From NCBI GenBank assembly GCA_051942245.1, contig JAVECL010000043.1, forward strand, positions 1-64,000: 64,000 nucleotides of DNA, in the 5' to 3' direction. Both the position numbers and the translations under genes were made by a program. Of this stretch, positions 1-11,957 are shown one piece after another. The notes beneath the pieces were generated by a model. It made no database searches. It worked only from the letters and a program-made list of their open reading frames with translations, and was not told the DNA's origin. The number at the start of each line of letters is the position of its first letter. Within the stretch, counting starts at the first letter, position 1. This stretch comes from Trypethelium eluteriae (lineage: Eukaryota).

Positions 1-2138
1 GTCAGGAGGGTGGGGATCGATTTCGAAAGGGTGAAGGTGCGAGAGAGCAAGGTCGAGAAGGGTGGGTAGGTGAGGAGAGACTGTGGAACAGATTAGTACT
101 GGATGAGGGGCGGAGAGGGGTCTTTGGGACTTACGTCAATACAGGAATTCCAGGCTGTCAATGAATCCTGTGATTGATCGTTTGCTGAGCCTTTCTTCTT
201 ATTCGGAGATGTTGTTCCATCCACGGGCGCAGCCAAAATCGTTCGTTCCTCAAAACTCAATTGCTCCGTCTCCACCACCAACGCCGCTCCAACAACTTGT
301 TGAAACGCAACCAGGCTCTTCGCTAATGGCACATGCACATATCGATGGCTCCATCGACTCTTGACCCTTTTCTCTAGCCCCTCTGCAACATCAAGCCGCG
401 TCGTCAGTCCCAACACTGCAATCGGCGCCTTGCGGCTCTGTGCAATGTCGAACAAATTGTAGAGGAGTGTCTGCCGCGGATGCATGGCAAACAGATCAAA
501 TTCATCCATGACGAACACTACCGACTTAGCAACAGCCTCCGTCTCTTGGCCTGCCAGCTCGCTCGGATGCGACAACAACGCAAGCAACGTCGCCAAGGTA
601 TCTGCGTAGTGCTTTCCCACGGCTTCGCCTTCATTCTCGACTTCCATTTCGCGACCGAGCTGTCTCCAGATCTCGCGCAAAGCCAATTTGTCGTCAGTTT
701 GGATGAAGCCATTGAGTCGGATGACATGGAATTTGTCGTCGTGATCTCTAGAGAGGTCGGAGATGACGGCGTTGACGAGGGCGGTCTTGCCGCTGCCACG
801 AGCGCCAATGATGAGCGTGGAGTTACCTTCGCCTGCTGTCACGGTCTGAGAGACAAGGCTGTGGATTTTGGCGTATTCGTCTGAGAGGTTTGTTAGTGGG
901 ATTGGGCGGTGGCCAGTGATGCGATCCATAATGATTCGCTGAAGGAGGGAGACCTGGGGGCCCGTCGCGGCACCTGAGATGGTGGGTATGCTACCTGTCG
1001 CGATTTCGTCCGATATAATTTCAATTTGAACGCTATCGGAGCGCTCTAGGAGTGGTGAAGGTGGATCAGATGCTTTGGTGAGCGGCAACACTCCTAGCTC
1101 ATCTTCAAGAGGGCCCGTTTCGTTCGTATCGTCACCGCTTGCTGGATCAGTGAGCTGGTGGCCTTCGGTCTTGTTGATTCGTGGCTGTCTGCTCTGTATC
1201 CCTTTCCTTCCTTTAACTGTACCCTCTTTCAAGGACTTTCGCCGTTTGGGGGGGGTCGATGAAGAATTGAGGGCCAATTCTTGTTTGCCTTCGCTGTGTC
1301 CCTCCATAATATGATCTCCGGATGCTGAAGCGATTTCACTAGATTGATCCAGCGTCGACACATTCTTCTCATTGTTCTTCCGCTCGTTTGCTTCGGTCTT
1401 CGCACCTGCTGCTTTGATGGACCCTCTCTTCCTCGCCACCAGCGGCTGAGCAGCCTCCTGCTCTAGAATCTTTCGACTCTTTTGTCTTTGCCTCCTACTT
1501 GAACGCGGTTGCTCGTTGTCCTCTAGCTCTTCATCATCATACTTCTGTAGACCACCAATCTTGTCTATCAATTCCGGGCTGTCCTCCTGCGCTTCCCGAG
1601 ACCCATTCATTCGAGATGAAAGTTGCACATCTGCTCCGTTGCCTAACCCACTGATCGCACCGTCTTCGGCTAGAATTTGTGCAGAGCTATCTTCGCCCTG
1701 TAGGTCCGCATTGAGCAATTGGTTTGCAAGCCCCACTCTTCGCTTCTGGGGGGTCTTATTCGTTCTTCGGGGTGTGGCTCGTTTGCCTCGAGTACACCGT
1801 GAGGGTGTCTCTGGATCCGGCTCAATATTCTCCACGCCCACGCGAGTTTGCTGTACCTCTTTGATATCATCGACCTCCTGCTTTGGACCCCCATCATTAT
1901 AAGTGTATGCCGCTACTGCGTCCGAGAATTGTCTCGAGGGTTCGTTATCTGTTTCGACTATTTTCGAGTCTTTAGGCGGCTCATCTTTGCCTTTGCGTAG
2001 CCTGCTGGATCTTGTACTTCGCTTTTGGGAGCGAGAGTCATGAGGGGAGGCATTCGTGCCTTTTGTAGGAGTTAGGGAGGCATTCGGGATGGGGTGGTCA
2101 AGCTTCCTCCTTTTGGCAGATCTAGCAGAAGCGTCCAT
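1..2138 (-). CDS. ORC4: Origin recognition complex subunit 4 (AAA+); 3' end lies outside the window
   Basis: Long low-complexity N-terminus, then Walker A GARGSGKT, 'LNGFIQTDDKLALREIWRQL', Walker B VFVMDEFD, 'RQTLLYNLFDIAQS' and 'LEKRVKSRWSHR'. ATG at 2138. Intron 81-134 (GTAAG..CTAATC..CAG); the frame continues SLLTYPPFSTLL to the window edge. Confidence 0.93.
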
Positions 2139-2793
2139 GTTGAGCACTCGATGAGCCGATCATGATGCAATCAGGAATTCGAATGTCGCAAAAATATCCA
2201 AGGAGTTAGGATTCCTCTAGCATTTCAAGATTTGCGCGTGGTGGATATTTTCGCGCCTGTAGTTCGCGACGCGATTGTCTGGTGCTAATGGTGGAGCCGA
2301 GGTCGTGGCGCAACCCACCTGCATGACTGCCAGGGCCCTCAAGCCAAGCCCATTCTGCCTTGTGCGACTTCATGCGGGAGGGTTTCATGGGTATAGGTAC
2401 TTACGCATCTTCAAACTCCAACCTTGTGTATCTTTAGAAAGAGCATGGCCCTCCCGACAGGGTCACATGCTCGATGATAAACTAAGTGCAGCGGTCATAG
2501 CTAGAATTGCCTCCTACGGACAGCTTTTGACGTCTTCAATGGCCAGTTTCAACCCTCTCTATAAGACACAAATAGCACTAAGGCTTCATAAGCCTGGTGC
2601 CGCCACCGCTGCCACTAGATTCCTTTGTCAGGCCATTTGGACCCATCTATTGCGCGGCCACGAGGAGCGACTATAACCCTTACTACTTGTCCCGAACAGA
2701 GGAAAGTAAAACTGGCAGAGCCGTTCGCTACCGTACACGAAGCTCTCAGCACCTGAATCAGACGCTCGTCCGTTTGCCATTATATCGACGTGC

Positions 2794-5745
2794 CTACAGC
2801 CAACTCATAACTTCCCTGTTGGTGATAGAGCTAAGCATCTTAACTACGGGCTTGTGTCCTCTCCGTTTCGCCCATGAAAGCGGAGTGCGACCTTCATAAT
2901 CTTCTGAATTCACGTCTACCTTACCGGTAGAGAGTAGTAGTTTAATGACGGCCTTTCGCCCCTCCCCTGCCGCCCATGAAATTGGCGTTCGACCCTCGTT
3001 GTCCTTTGAATTGATGTCAACCCTGTTTGTGTCGAGTAGTAGCTTGACAATGGCCTTATTGCCTTGCCTTATTACCATTGAAAGCGGCGTTCGACCTCTG
3101 AGATCCTTTGAATCCACATCGACTTTATCGGAGGTGAGTAGTAGCTGAACGATAGCCTTATGCCCTAGCCTTGCCGCCAGCGAAAGTGGGGTTCGCTGTT
3201 GACTATCCTTGCAATCTAAGTATACCTCCTCATTGGCAAGTAGTAGCGCAACTACACCCGTACGCCCTTCTTTCACTGCCCACGAAAGCGGTGTACTATC
3301 CTGTTTATCCGTTGCATTCACATCAAGATCATCAGCCGCGAGCATTGCTTTGATTAAAGCCTCACGCCCCGTGCGTATCGCCAATATAAGCGCCGTGATA
3401 TTCGTAATCACCATCTTACCTTCAGACACTTTGAGAAAGTGCTCGTAATCGGCCGGAGGTGGGTCGGAACTGCAAGAGATATGTTGAAACCAGTAGAGTT
3501 TCGCATATGGTAAGAAGTGGAAACCATCCACTGATCGAGGTCCTAAAAGCTTGCTCGTTTCCGCTAAAGTACTACCAATATCACGTCCAGGCGTCGCTCT
3601 GGACTTCAAGAACTTTAAAGCAAGGGATTGAATGCTGTTTGAAGAGTCCAGAGTTGAACGAATGATAGTGGACGGCGCTGAACCGGTCTCTATCTGTGGA
3701 GCTACTGCAGCAGACAGCCGGGTTTCGAAAACGCCATAGCTCAGGTATGTGAGAATGACATCCGCCATTTTTCTCTCTGCGCTCTCGATCGTGAATGGTA
3801 TATCTGTCGAATTTTTCGAACCACTGAGAATGTATTGCTTGACGCTATGATGCATGAGTCTGACCGTAAGGTCCTCTTCATCGAAGGAAAGGAGGCATCC
3901 GCAGCAGCCTATGGTCTTATGGACATCGTTCAGAAGCCTCGCCGGATTCCAGACAGTATCTCCAGGGACCACGCTTAAGGCTTCCCGAAGTTCTTCGATG
4001 GCTAATGGCCGGCGGGCCACAGAGACCAGCTCTAGTATACGCCTCTGGTAAGCCGCTCCCAGCCCTTTGGATTTCCGCAGAATACGAGAAAAAGTTTCCG
4101 AGAGATCGCTAGGAAGATCCACCAGAGCATCCCGGATCTCGCCATCTGTACTCATCGTGCACAAAGATTCGATTTGAAGCGCCGCCCAGAGGAACATTCC
4201 CTGAGAGCCTTCCAAGAGCGTACTTTGTATTTCAACTATGAGGGCAGGGTTGCCCACCACGAGTCTTGTCGATTGTATGCAATCCTCTAGCTCTGCCTGA
4301 ATAAATAGCTCAATGTCGGGATTCTCTTCAGGGATTGAGAAGATGATAGTGTCTTTGAATCGTGCTGGACTTACTTTCGCGGTCTTACTGGGCTCCAGTC
4401 TCAGCGAGATACAAAGTAGTAGTAAAATTTCATTCTGAAGACGTTGGAGCACTTCAACAACCAGGTCCAGCTCTGCAGAATCGCACTCATCTAATCCGTC
4501 AAGAATGAAAGATACCTTGCAGTCAGATGGAAGGGAGCGTTTTAAAAGCCCAAATATTCCATTAAAATCCAGAGCGGAGGCAGTCTCATCCAGAAATCCT
4601 GATGCCATCGATAGGTCGGGAATGGGGCGCAGCAGCTGTCGAGCGAGGGAGCCAATTATGGTCCTGGCTTTCAGGCTGTCGGGATTGTCGTGCCTGCAAA
4701 AGAAGTAGGCGACTGTGATACTTTCGCCTCGAAAATGGAGATTGAGGTCATCTACGATATTGGCCAGCAGAACGGACTTTCCGCATCCAAGCTTCCCTGT
4801 ACAAATCAGCGTGGAGCGGGAAGCATTAGCTCGGTCTTTCCAGGCTTGATATTCCAGGCTTCGGCTGAATAGCGTCGCATTTCCGACTTTTCGGGTTTGC
4901 TTCCATGTCGTCTCGTAATCATACACGGAACAGAGATCGAGGAGTTTTATTTTTGTCTTCATCCTTTGGTGCACTGACTTAGACTGGAGAAACTTCCTTG
5001 AAAGAGTCCTCATCCGAGAGTTTTCTTGGGCTTCCTCTTCGGTCGTCTTGGCTACCTGCAGATTCACCTCCTCCTTAATCGCGTTCGCCCAAACGTCTAG
5101 CTCCGATTGGTAAGACCCCATGTTGGGATTGCTTACAGCAGATGCGAATTGCCCAAATTTTGACTTCTGAGAGAATTTTAGCAATTGATGACAGAGTCCA
5201 ACCACCACAACAAAATATTCCGAAAGGTATGACTGCAAAGTCTTAGATCGGCGATACAGCAGACCCATCATTTGGTAGCGGGGAGCCGAACGGCCGATGG
5301 CCATGAGAAGCAAAGACACCGTTTCAAGGAAGGAGCCAAAGTTTATGATCGACTACGACGTTGTCAGCAGGAGCAATTGGTGATCGAAGACACGTACAAG
5401 TATTGAGATTCGTACTAGCGACCAGACGCCAGACGCCAGGAGGTTCTGAGCGCCTCCTATTATGATATCTCCGAGCGCGGCATACTGCTGGATGGCTTGT
5501 AGGAAATTAGTTAAGCGAGGACCAAAACAGCGCCGACTGCCGATCTTGCCATATGCTTGCTGGTCGATCTCAGCCGTTAATCGCATGACATCCTGAGGGT
5601 CTGGAGGTGAGTTGCACGACTGGGATCTGGAGTGATAGAAAGTAGCTTTCTGGTCGCTTGAGAGGTCCGCGACGAATTGCGAAACAGCTTGTGCGAGGCG
5701 AACCTCAGGCTTCAATCGCGAAGCGTGCGCCAGTGCAGCAGACAT
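2794..5745 (-). CDS. NACHT NTPase-ankyrin repeat protein (fungal NLR-like), 2 exons
   Basis: Exon 1 (MSAALAHASRLKPEVRLAQAVSQF...) joins the 841-aa ORF in frame through intron 5353-5397 (GTACG..CTGAC..TAG). P-loop GKLGCGKS, Walker B FILDGLDEC, 'GMFLWAALQ', and about 6 C-terminal ankyrin repeats (DSKD..GRTPLSWA..G...VV.LLL). Confidence 0.9.
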
Positions 5746-6926
5746 CAGAGCGATGCAGAGGGAAATTTTGGTGGGTGGTGCCCAAACACCTTTTCCGTAT
5801 AATGTACTAGTGTCTCACTGCTGTACGTAGTACGTGGAGAGCACTGGACCATCGCGCTATTTGATGTATAGTCATTGGACAAAAGTGTCCGCGCGCTGGT
5901 ATGGAAAGTTCTGGTGGGAGTTGCCCGAACACCTTTTGCGTATAACTGTATCGATGACTCGACGAGCCAACACAAATTGATGGCGTTACAATAGAAATGT
6001 GTGTTGATCGTAAGAAACTTGATAGAAAGGATTAGAACCTATGTCAGGCCTACCAGTGTAGGAAAGAGCAATAGGAGAGGGGTGTAGGAAACACCAGCTG
6101 GAATTATTACGAAAGCAGCTGGAGGTTTCCCACCGAGAGAGTGCCTTACTCGTAACCTCCTACTTCGAGCAGCTACCACTGATTCAATCCGACAAATGAG
6201 ACCACTAGAGTATGTTTACCGTGTATCAAAGTGTCACGTCGTTACAATCTAGGTGCAGCAATCTTGGACTCTGTATCTGACACAATTTAGCGCGAAAGCC
6301 TCAACAATTGCATGTTGTCGCTGCCTCTGTGGACATCTGACTGACTGGAGTAAAGAGGATGACTTCCACTGACCAATTTCTATCCCTCAGATTGAATGAG
6401 CGTGATGTAGTTACAACATCTCGGCGACTACACGCGAGCTAGTCGTGCGATTATTAACACCAGGAACTGTTGGTAAATAAGAATGACGACGATGACGCAG
6501 GAAGCTCGGTCGGAAGCAAATACGGCGGGATTGGGGGCCAAAGAACGCGCTCGGCTCGCGGTATAGCCTACGCCCACAACAGTGATCTAGCACAGGTCGC
6601 TCTGCGGTACCATAACCCTGAAAGTCCATACCGCAAAAAGCGTACGTTGCATCCCGCTATCGAAGGAGGCGGGGTGTTTCCAATGCTTGCGTAAAGAATT
6701 GGATGAAGTCCTTACAGTATATAATATAGCATAGCGTAAAATACCAAGGGAAAGAGCTCCACAAGACTTACGCAGCAGCTGAAGCAAAGTCTATATCAAG
6801 CAAAGAATGACCTGTGCTCTTGTTTCCTGGTAATTCGAAATGTTGGGATGAATCTTTCAATACTCGCCAACAACGGAACGCATCCAACTAGTAACAACGA
6901 TCAGATAACTTGAAGACCTGGGGAGG

Positions 6927-7618
6927 ATGAGCATTTCTTTTATAACTATCTCGATCTTTGGACCTGCCAATGGAGGGAACGCACAAAGCACAAGTGCCCT
7001 GGGCACGCCACCCAGCATCGTGCCTTTCACAAATTTGTCGAGCATTCCAGTCTTCACGACGCCATCCCCAGAACAGGTGAATTTGTTTCGCTTATTGCCG
7101 AATGATCAGGGATAGTCGCTAATCAGGTCAATTGTCTAGTGGAGCGCAATCTCGAGAGACCTCGCATCATACCAAATTTCCCTTGAGAGCAACAACCTAG
7201 ATCTCGGCCCACGGATCTCATCGGCGGTTCCAGCAGACGTTGTTTCGACAATCCAAGGATTGGATGTAGGTGACTGAAGAGACATTCCGATGCCGAGGCT
7301 AATCATACTGATCAGGTTCCGCCTCAAGCAACTGTCACTTCGATGATTGCCGAGTCGGAGGTTGCCTCGACTGCCATTGATATCGCATGGTTGACGGGGA
7401 ACACGCAAGGAGTGACGACGCGACCGTGGGAGAAATATCTTAATCCCAGTCTGAGGAGCGCCGCTGAGGCTCAAGCGACCAGTATTTATCGAGCCGAGCA
7501 GAGTATCGTAAGAGCAGACTTGCAGGCAGGGACGAATGTATTATTGATACCATCGGTAAAGGAACGGCTCCTTGGTGCTGTCGCAGGGACTTTGGCTATG
7601 ATGGCTCTTTGGATGTGA
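6927..7618 (+). CDS. Small Ser/Thr-rich putative secreted, GPI-anchored or membrane-tethered protein, 3 exons
   Basis: Introns 7077-7139 and 7266-7315 have canonical donors, CTAAT branch sites and acceptors and join three frames cleanly. Modestly hydrophobic N-terminus; hydrophobic C-terminal tail (LLGAVAGTLAMMALWM). Confidence 0.6.
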
Positions 7619-7721
7619 AATATTCAAGATACCCGAAATCGTACATGATCGTTATAGATCTCTGCGCCTGTGGGCGCATACTAATGCGTCGAAAGACAGC
7701 CATCAAGGATGACTTCCCACG

Positions 7722-8531
7722 TCAGCGCTTTAGCTCTGCCTCATGCTCTGACGATCGTTCTGCTCGCGCAGTCTCGAACGGATGGCAATATTCGCCTATG
7801 TTGCTGTTTGCTTTTGTATTCATTATCGTGCAAGCTCTGATTTCTGCCTTGCCAAGAAGAAAGTCTGGTTCATCATGTCTGTGACTCGACGCAAGGATGA
7901 CTCGATCCCAGGTCAGGATAGGCTTGGCAGTCTTGAAAGGTTGCCCCCGACCACAAGCAGCATGAGAGCGCTGGATTGGATAGAGGTAGAGATATGCATT
8001 GCGGCAAAGCGTTGGTACGTACTCGAGGTGGGCAAGATCTTTACTTTTGCGCTCGTTCGTGGAGCCATGGCCAAACCATGTATGCCAGTGCATTGGCACA
8101 ATCTCGACTAGGTGCTCGAGATTGACGCCGTAGGCTCGCTTGCCCTCCCGGAGGTAATGGGTTGCATCGCTAGCAGCAGCCTGAAACTCTTTTTCGTCGT
8201 AGTCCCAGCCTACAGAATTTCCGTTGTCGTCCAGCTGGTCCTCATCTATCTGTTTAGTCTCACGGATGAGCGTTGTATTGCGGTGATGCTTACTGGCGCA
8301 ATGAAGACCGAAGCGTGAGGGTGGTTCTACACCATGTTCGCCTTTGACACAAATTCGCAATTCAGGAGAGACCCAGCTCTCCATATGAAGAAAGTTTGAG
8401 TCTTCCAATCTTTCTCTTACTGTTGAGTTCAAATCATCTTGACCTGAGGGCAGTCGTTCACTGGATGCTGGGATAGCTCCAGCAAAGCCTGCCGGTAGAA
8501 ACAGAACTAAAGCGACAAGTACAAAAAGCAT
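7722..8531 (-). CDS. Secreted RNase T1-fold-like protein, probably non-catalytic
   Basis: Signal peptide MLFVLVALVLFLPAGFAG (ATG 8531). Segments YDEKEFQAAASDATHYLREGKRAYG, YLYLYPI, WDRVIL and CTIMNT..GEYC parallel the RNase T1 segments in the same order. Confidence 0.6.
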   Translation of the reverse strand: MLFVLVALVLFLPAGFAGAIPASSERLPSGQDDLNSTVRERLEDSNFLHMESWVSPELRICVKGEHGVEPPSRFGLHCASKHHRNTTLIRETKQIDEDQLDDNGNSVGWDYDEKEFQAAASDATHYLREGKRAYGVNLEHLVEIVPMHWHTWFGHGSTNERKSKDLAHLEYVPTLCRNAYLYLYPIQRSHAACGRGQPFKTAKPILTWDRVILASSHRHDEPDFLLGKAEIRACTIMNTKANSNIGEYCHPFETARAERSSEHEAELKR

Positions 8532-9414
8532 ATTCGAGTTGGGTCTTGGGGTTGAAAATGAGTAAGGATTAACTCTAGATACCCACAGAACGAGATCATA
8601 ATTCAAGAACCGTGTCTTTAAAATGAGAACTTGAAGAAAGAACCGACCTATTTGACTACTGTCCTCCAACCGATACTGGGATAGGATCGAAGACAGCCAA
8701 CGTCACTGACGTTGGAGGTAAAGTTATTTCGACTCAAGTCATATAGCTGGGATAAAGCCGAAATTATCTTGCGTACAAGAGTAACATAGGCGCGATCGTT
8801 GGAATCCTGTTGGATCCCAAAAACACCAACCTCAAACCTTACCGATGTAGCGCGATACCCAAGCTTTTCATACTTCGAAGAGAATTTCGATACTTCGAGC
8901 TCGTCTGTGTGGTAGGTAAGATAGTAAGGACTTAGAGTAAGCCAAATCTGAGTGATCCCAGAATATTGTCCCTTCTTTCTAATATGTCAATGGACAGCGT
9001 CGCAAGAAACGAGATGATTATTCGGGGAGCCGATCGAGCTAATGACAAGAGGCTAAATACCTCTTGAGCAGAACGCATTTTACCGGAGAGTACGTATAAC
9101 TGTCTAAGTTGATTGTCGAGAAGCAGCAGTCATTACGGGGAGAGAAAATGCGAGACCTTTGTCATCGAAATTGGGGGGTCGCTGTCTTTTCCGAATGTCC
9201 ACTCGCTCCTCCGGCACCCGATTCTGGAAGTGGCCATCTTCCTCCCTACAAATAAACACGCTTCCACACCCCACCTCCAGGATATTCTTCGAAACCCATA
9301 TATATCTTTCTAAACTCCTTTGATTCTCCTTGTATAAAGTTGCTACAGGCTTTCATCTCACGACTTCGGTCTTCCGTGCCGCAGCCCCACAGCTTGAACG
9401 CGAATCCGCTACCC

Positions 9415-10164
9415 ATGGCCGAACAAACGATAAATATTCCACAACTCCTCGCCGTCCTCCTTGTCGGTTTTCTTGCCGTACGATGGTATTTCTCTTCGCC
9501 GGACCCAAATGGCGGCGGTAGTAGCAGAGGGTCGAACACAGGAAGAACGAGACCAGTAGACCCCGCTCAGGTAGAGCAAGTGGCGCAAATGTTCCCACAA
9601 TTAAGCCGAAGGGATATCATGTGGGACTTACAAAGAAACGGAGGGAGCGTCCAGGCGACGACAGAGAGAGTACTGGGTGGGAGGAGTTTAGAAGTGGTAT
9701 GTCCATGCCTTATATCCTATTAAAATGCTGGAAAAGGCGGCTGTCGCCGGAACTTTGAGGACCTCAGGCTTGAACAATCATCGAAACCAACGGTACTACT
9801 AGAGGATTTCTCGCTGACAAGGCACGAGCTATAGCCACCTCCCTCTTTCCAACCTCGAGATCTTACCTCCTCCGCTCCCACTTCCAGCAGTCCACCCTCC
9901 TCGACTCCCAGATCATTACACCCAGACCTCATTACGAGATATAATTTAGCTTCCAAAATATCTAGTCAGCAAACTAGTGGCAACTCTCCAGCCTCTAGTT
10001 CAAACGCTACTACTTCGCAAGGGCAAGGGCAAGGGCAAGGGTGGTCACAAAATAAGAATGAAAGGCAGCAATTGTTACAAAGGAGGAGGGAGGAGATGAT
10101 ATTAGCGGCAAGACGAAAGATGGAAGAGAAAGACAAGGCAACTGGAGCAGATGAAGGCAATTAA
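9415..10164 (+). CDS. CUE-domain membrane protein (Cue1/Cue4-like ERAD ubiquitination cofactor), 2 exons
   Basis: N-terminal TM segment (LLAVLLVGFLAVRWYF), CUE motif 'VAQMFPQLSRRDIMWDLQRNGGSVQATTERVL', intron 9697-9834, then 'DLITRYNL' and the C-terminal 'LLQRRREEMILAARRKME' helix. Confidence 0.88.
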
Positions 10165-10801
10165 CCCAATGATAAAATGCTCCACGGCGAGAGGAGGGAA
10201 AATATCTGAATTTGGGAAAGCGGACTTGGTCAGAACACAAAGGTTGTTTGCTCTGCCTCACGTGCGCTACATCCGTATCCCCATCTACGTTACATGTCGT
10301 TCAGCGGGCGTTTAGACCCATTTGTGAATTAAAGCCAGTGGGAATACGATTGGTCAACAGAAATACCCCGGAGTGAATGAGCGGATCATGATGAGTTTGT
10401 TTAGACACAGAGACACAAGGAATCACCTATCTGACAAAAGTGGGCTGTTTAGAACACAACCGGGTCGTCCAAGGCTTTCCGTGGCACTTTGAATGGTGGA
10501 CGCGAGAGCTCTGCTCCAATCTTGTGAATTTCTTACCTATTCACACGGTTGACACGGGATGAATGAGACACTGGTCCTCTCACGTTTACGCTTCACCACT
10601 CTCGCCAATATCCCGTCTCCACTCAGTGTCCCGCGGCATGTCCTAGTCAGTAGGATCCCACGGATATTGTATAAGTGGATTCACGCTCCCTCTTCCTTTG
10701 CTTTTTTTGAACACCTTCTTGACCAGAAATATTTGGGTCTGGATGGTAGTGATTTTTACACCAAAAAAAAAAAAAAAAAAATAGATCATCAACCAGCTAG
10801 G

Positions 10802-11957
10802 ATGGCGTTCTTACCTATTACCAAATTCATGATTTCGATGTTTCTTCTTGGGGCAGTGACGGGCACTCCTATTGGCGAGGACGGAAGCTCTGTGGTTATC
10901 CCAACTACCGTCCGTCTCTCTGATATTATCAGTACCGGTGTTGCAAAGCCGAAGGTGCCCAGATCTGCAGCTAGTCTTACGTCTAATGGCATTAAAGAAG
11001 ATCGCGACCTTGCGGTGCGTGACCACAAGAGTACTCTTTCCCGTCGTGAGGACGATTGGCAGGTAAAGTCCGATTTTGCGAAGTGCGGATATAACAGATG
11101 GCTGACGACCATAGATCGAGATCTTTCCAGGCGGCGAATGGGCATGCAATGGCGCCAGCATGTTTATTACGACAACTTATCCCGAATTCCCAGAAGGCGA
11201 ATGTGTCAACTTGGGCGCTTATACTGATTCTGCGTATTTCGCGTATGCGGGTCCAGGATTATGTGCAACCTTCTATGCCGATACGAGTTGCCAGCTTGCC
11301 TTGTGGCAAGTCACAAATGTTGGTCAATGTTACGGAGGTTTGCCAGCTCAGGCCGTCTGGATCCGATACGACTGCCCACCACTTCCCACAGGACCTAAGG
11401 CACATCGAGAGGGCGAGCTCGTCGCCCGCGATGTGGCGTACGCTGATTTTGCTCCTCGTGACGCTGGAAAGCCATTCGCAGATCATCATCCGCTCGAAAA
11501 GCCCGATGGCGATCTCGTGGTCCGCGACGAGCATGTGGGAGAGCCCAACTACGACCTCATCCAAGGTGGCGATAGCGATCTTTTGGGCGGCGGCGGTCTC
11601 GACCCTGAATCTGACTCCCTTTCCTCGCGTGACGTCCCCACTTACTATCTCGAGCTGTTCAACGATTTTGACCGTTCGGCCAACGATCCTGGCTGCACCA
11701 CCTGGCCTTTAGTTCCGGAGGGGACTCAGGTCCCGGAGAACACGTGCCTCGTCCTCGCTGACCCCATCACATCGGGGGCCTTTCAATTCTCTTACTTTGC
11801 GGTCAACCGCTGCGCCATGGTGTATCGTACGGCCGATTGTGCGGCTGTAACGGCAGTGTGGAAGGTGGAGGGGGATGGGCAGTGTTATCGCGGGCCGATG
11901 GGGCATGCTTTTGTGATTAGTCCGACCTGTGATTTCACCGCGTACGGAGGCGGCTGA
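10802..11957 (+). CDS. Secreted preproprotein with two tandem homologous 6-cysteine domains, 2 exons
   Basis: Signal peptide MAFLPITKFMISMFLLGAVTG and a pro-region ending LSRR. Intron 11063-11114 joins in frame to the 265-aa ORF. Two Cys-rich domains are separated by an acidic spacer ending LSSR. Confidence 0.8.
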
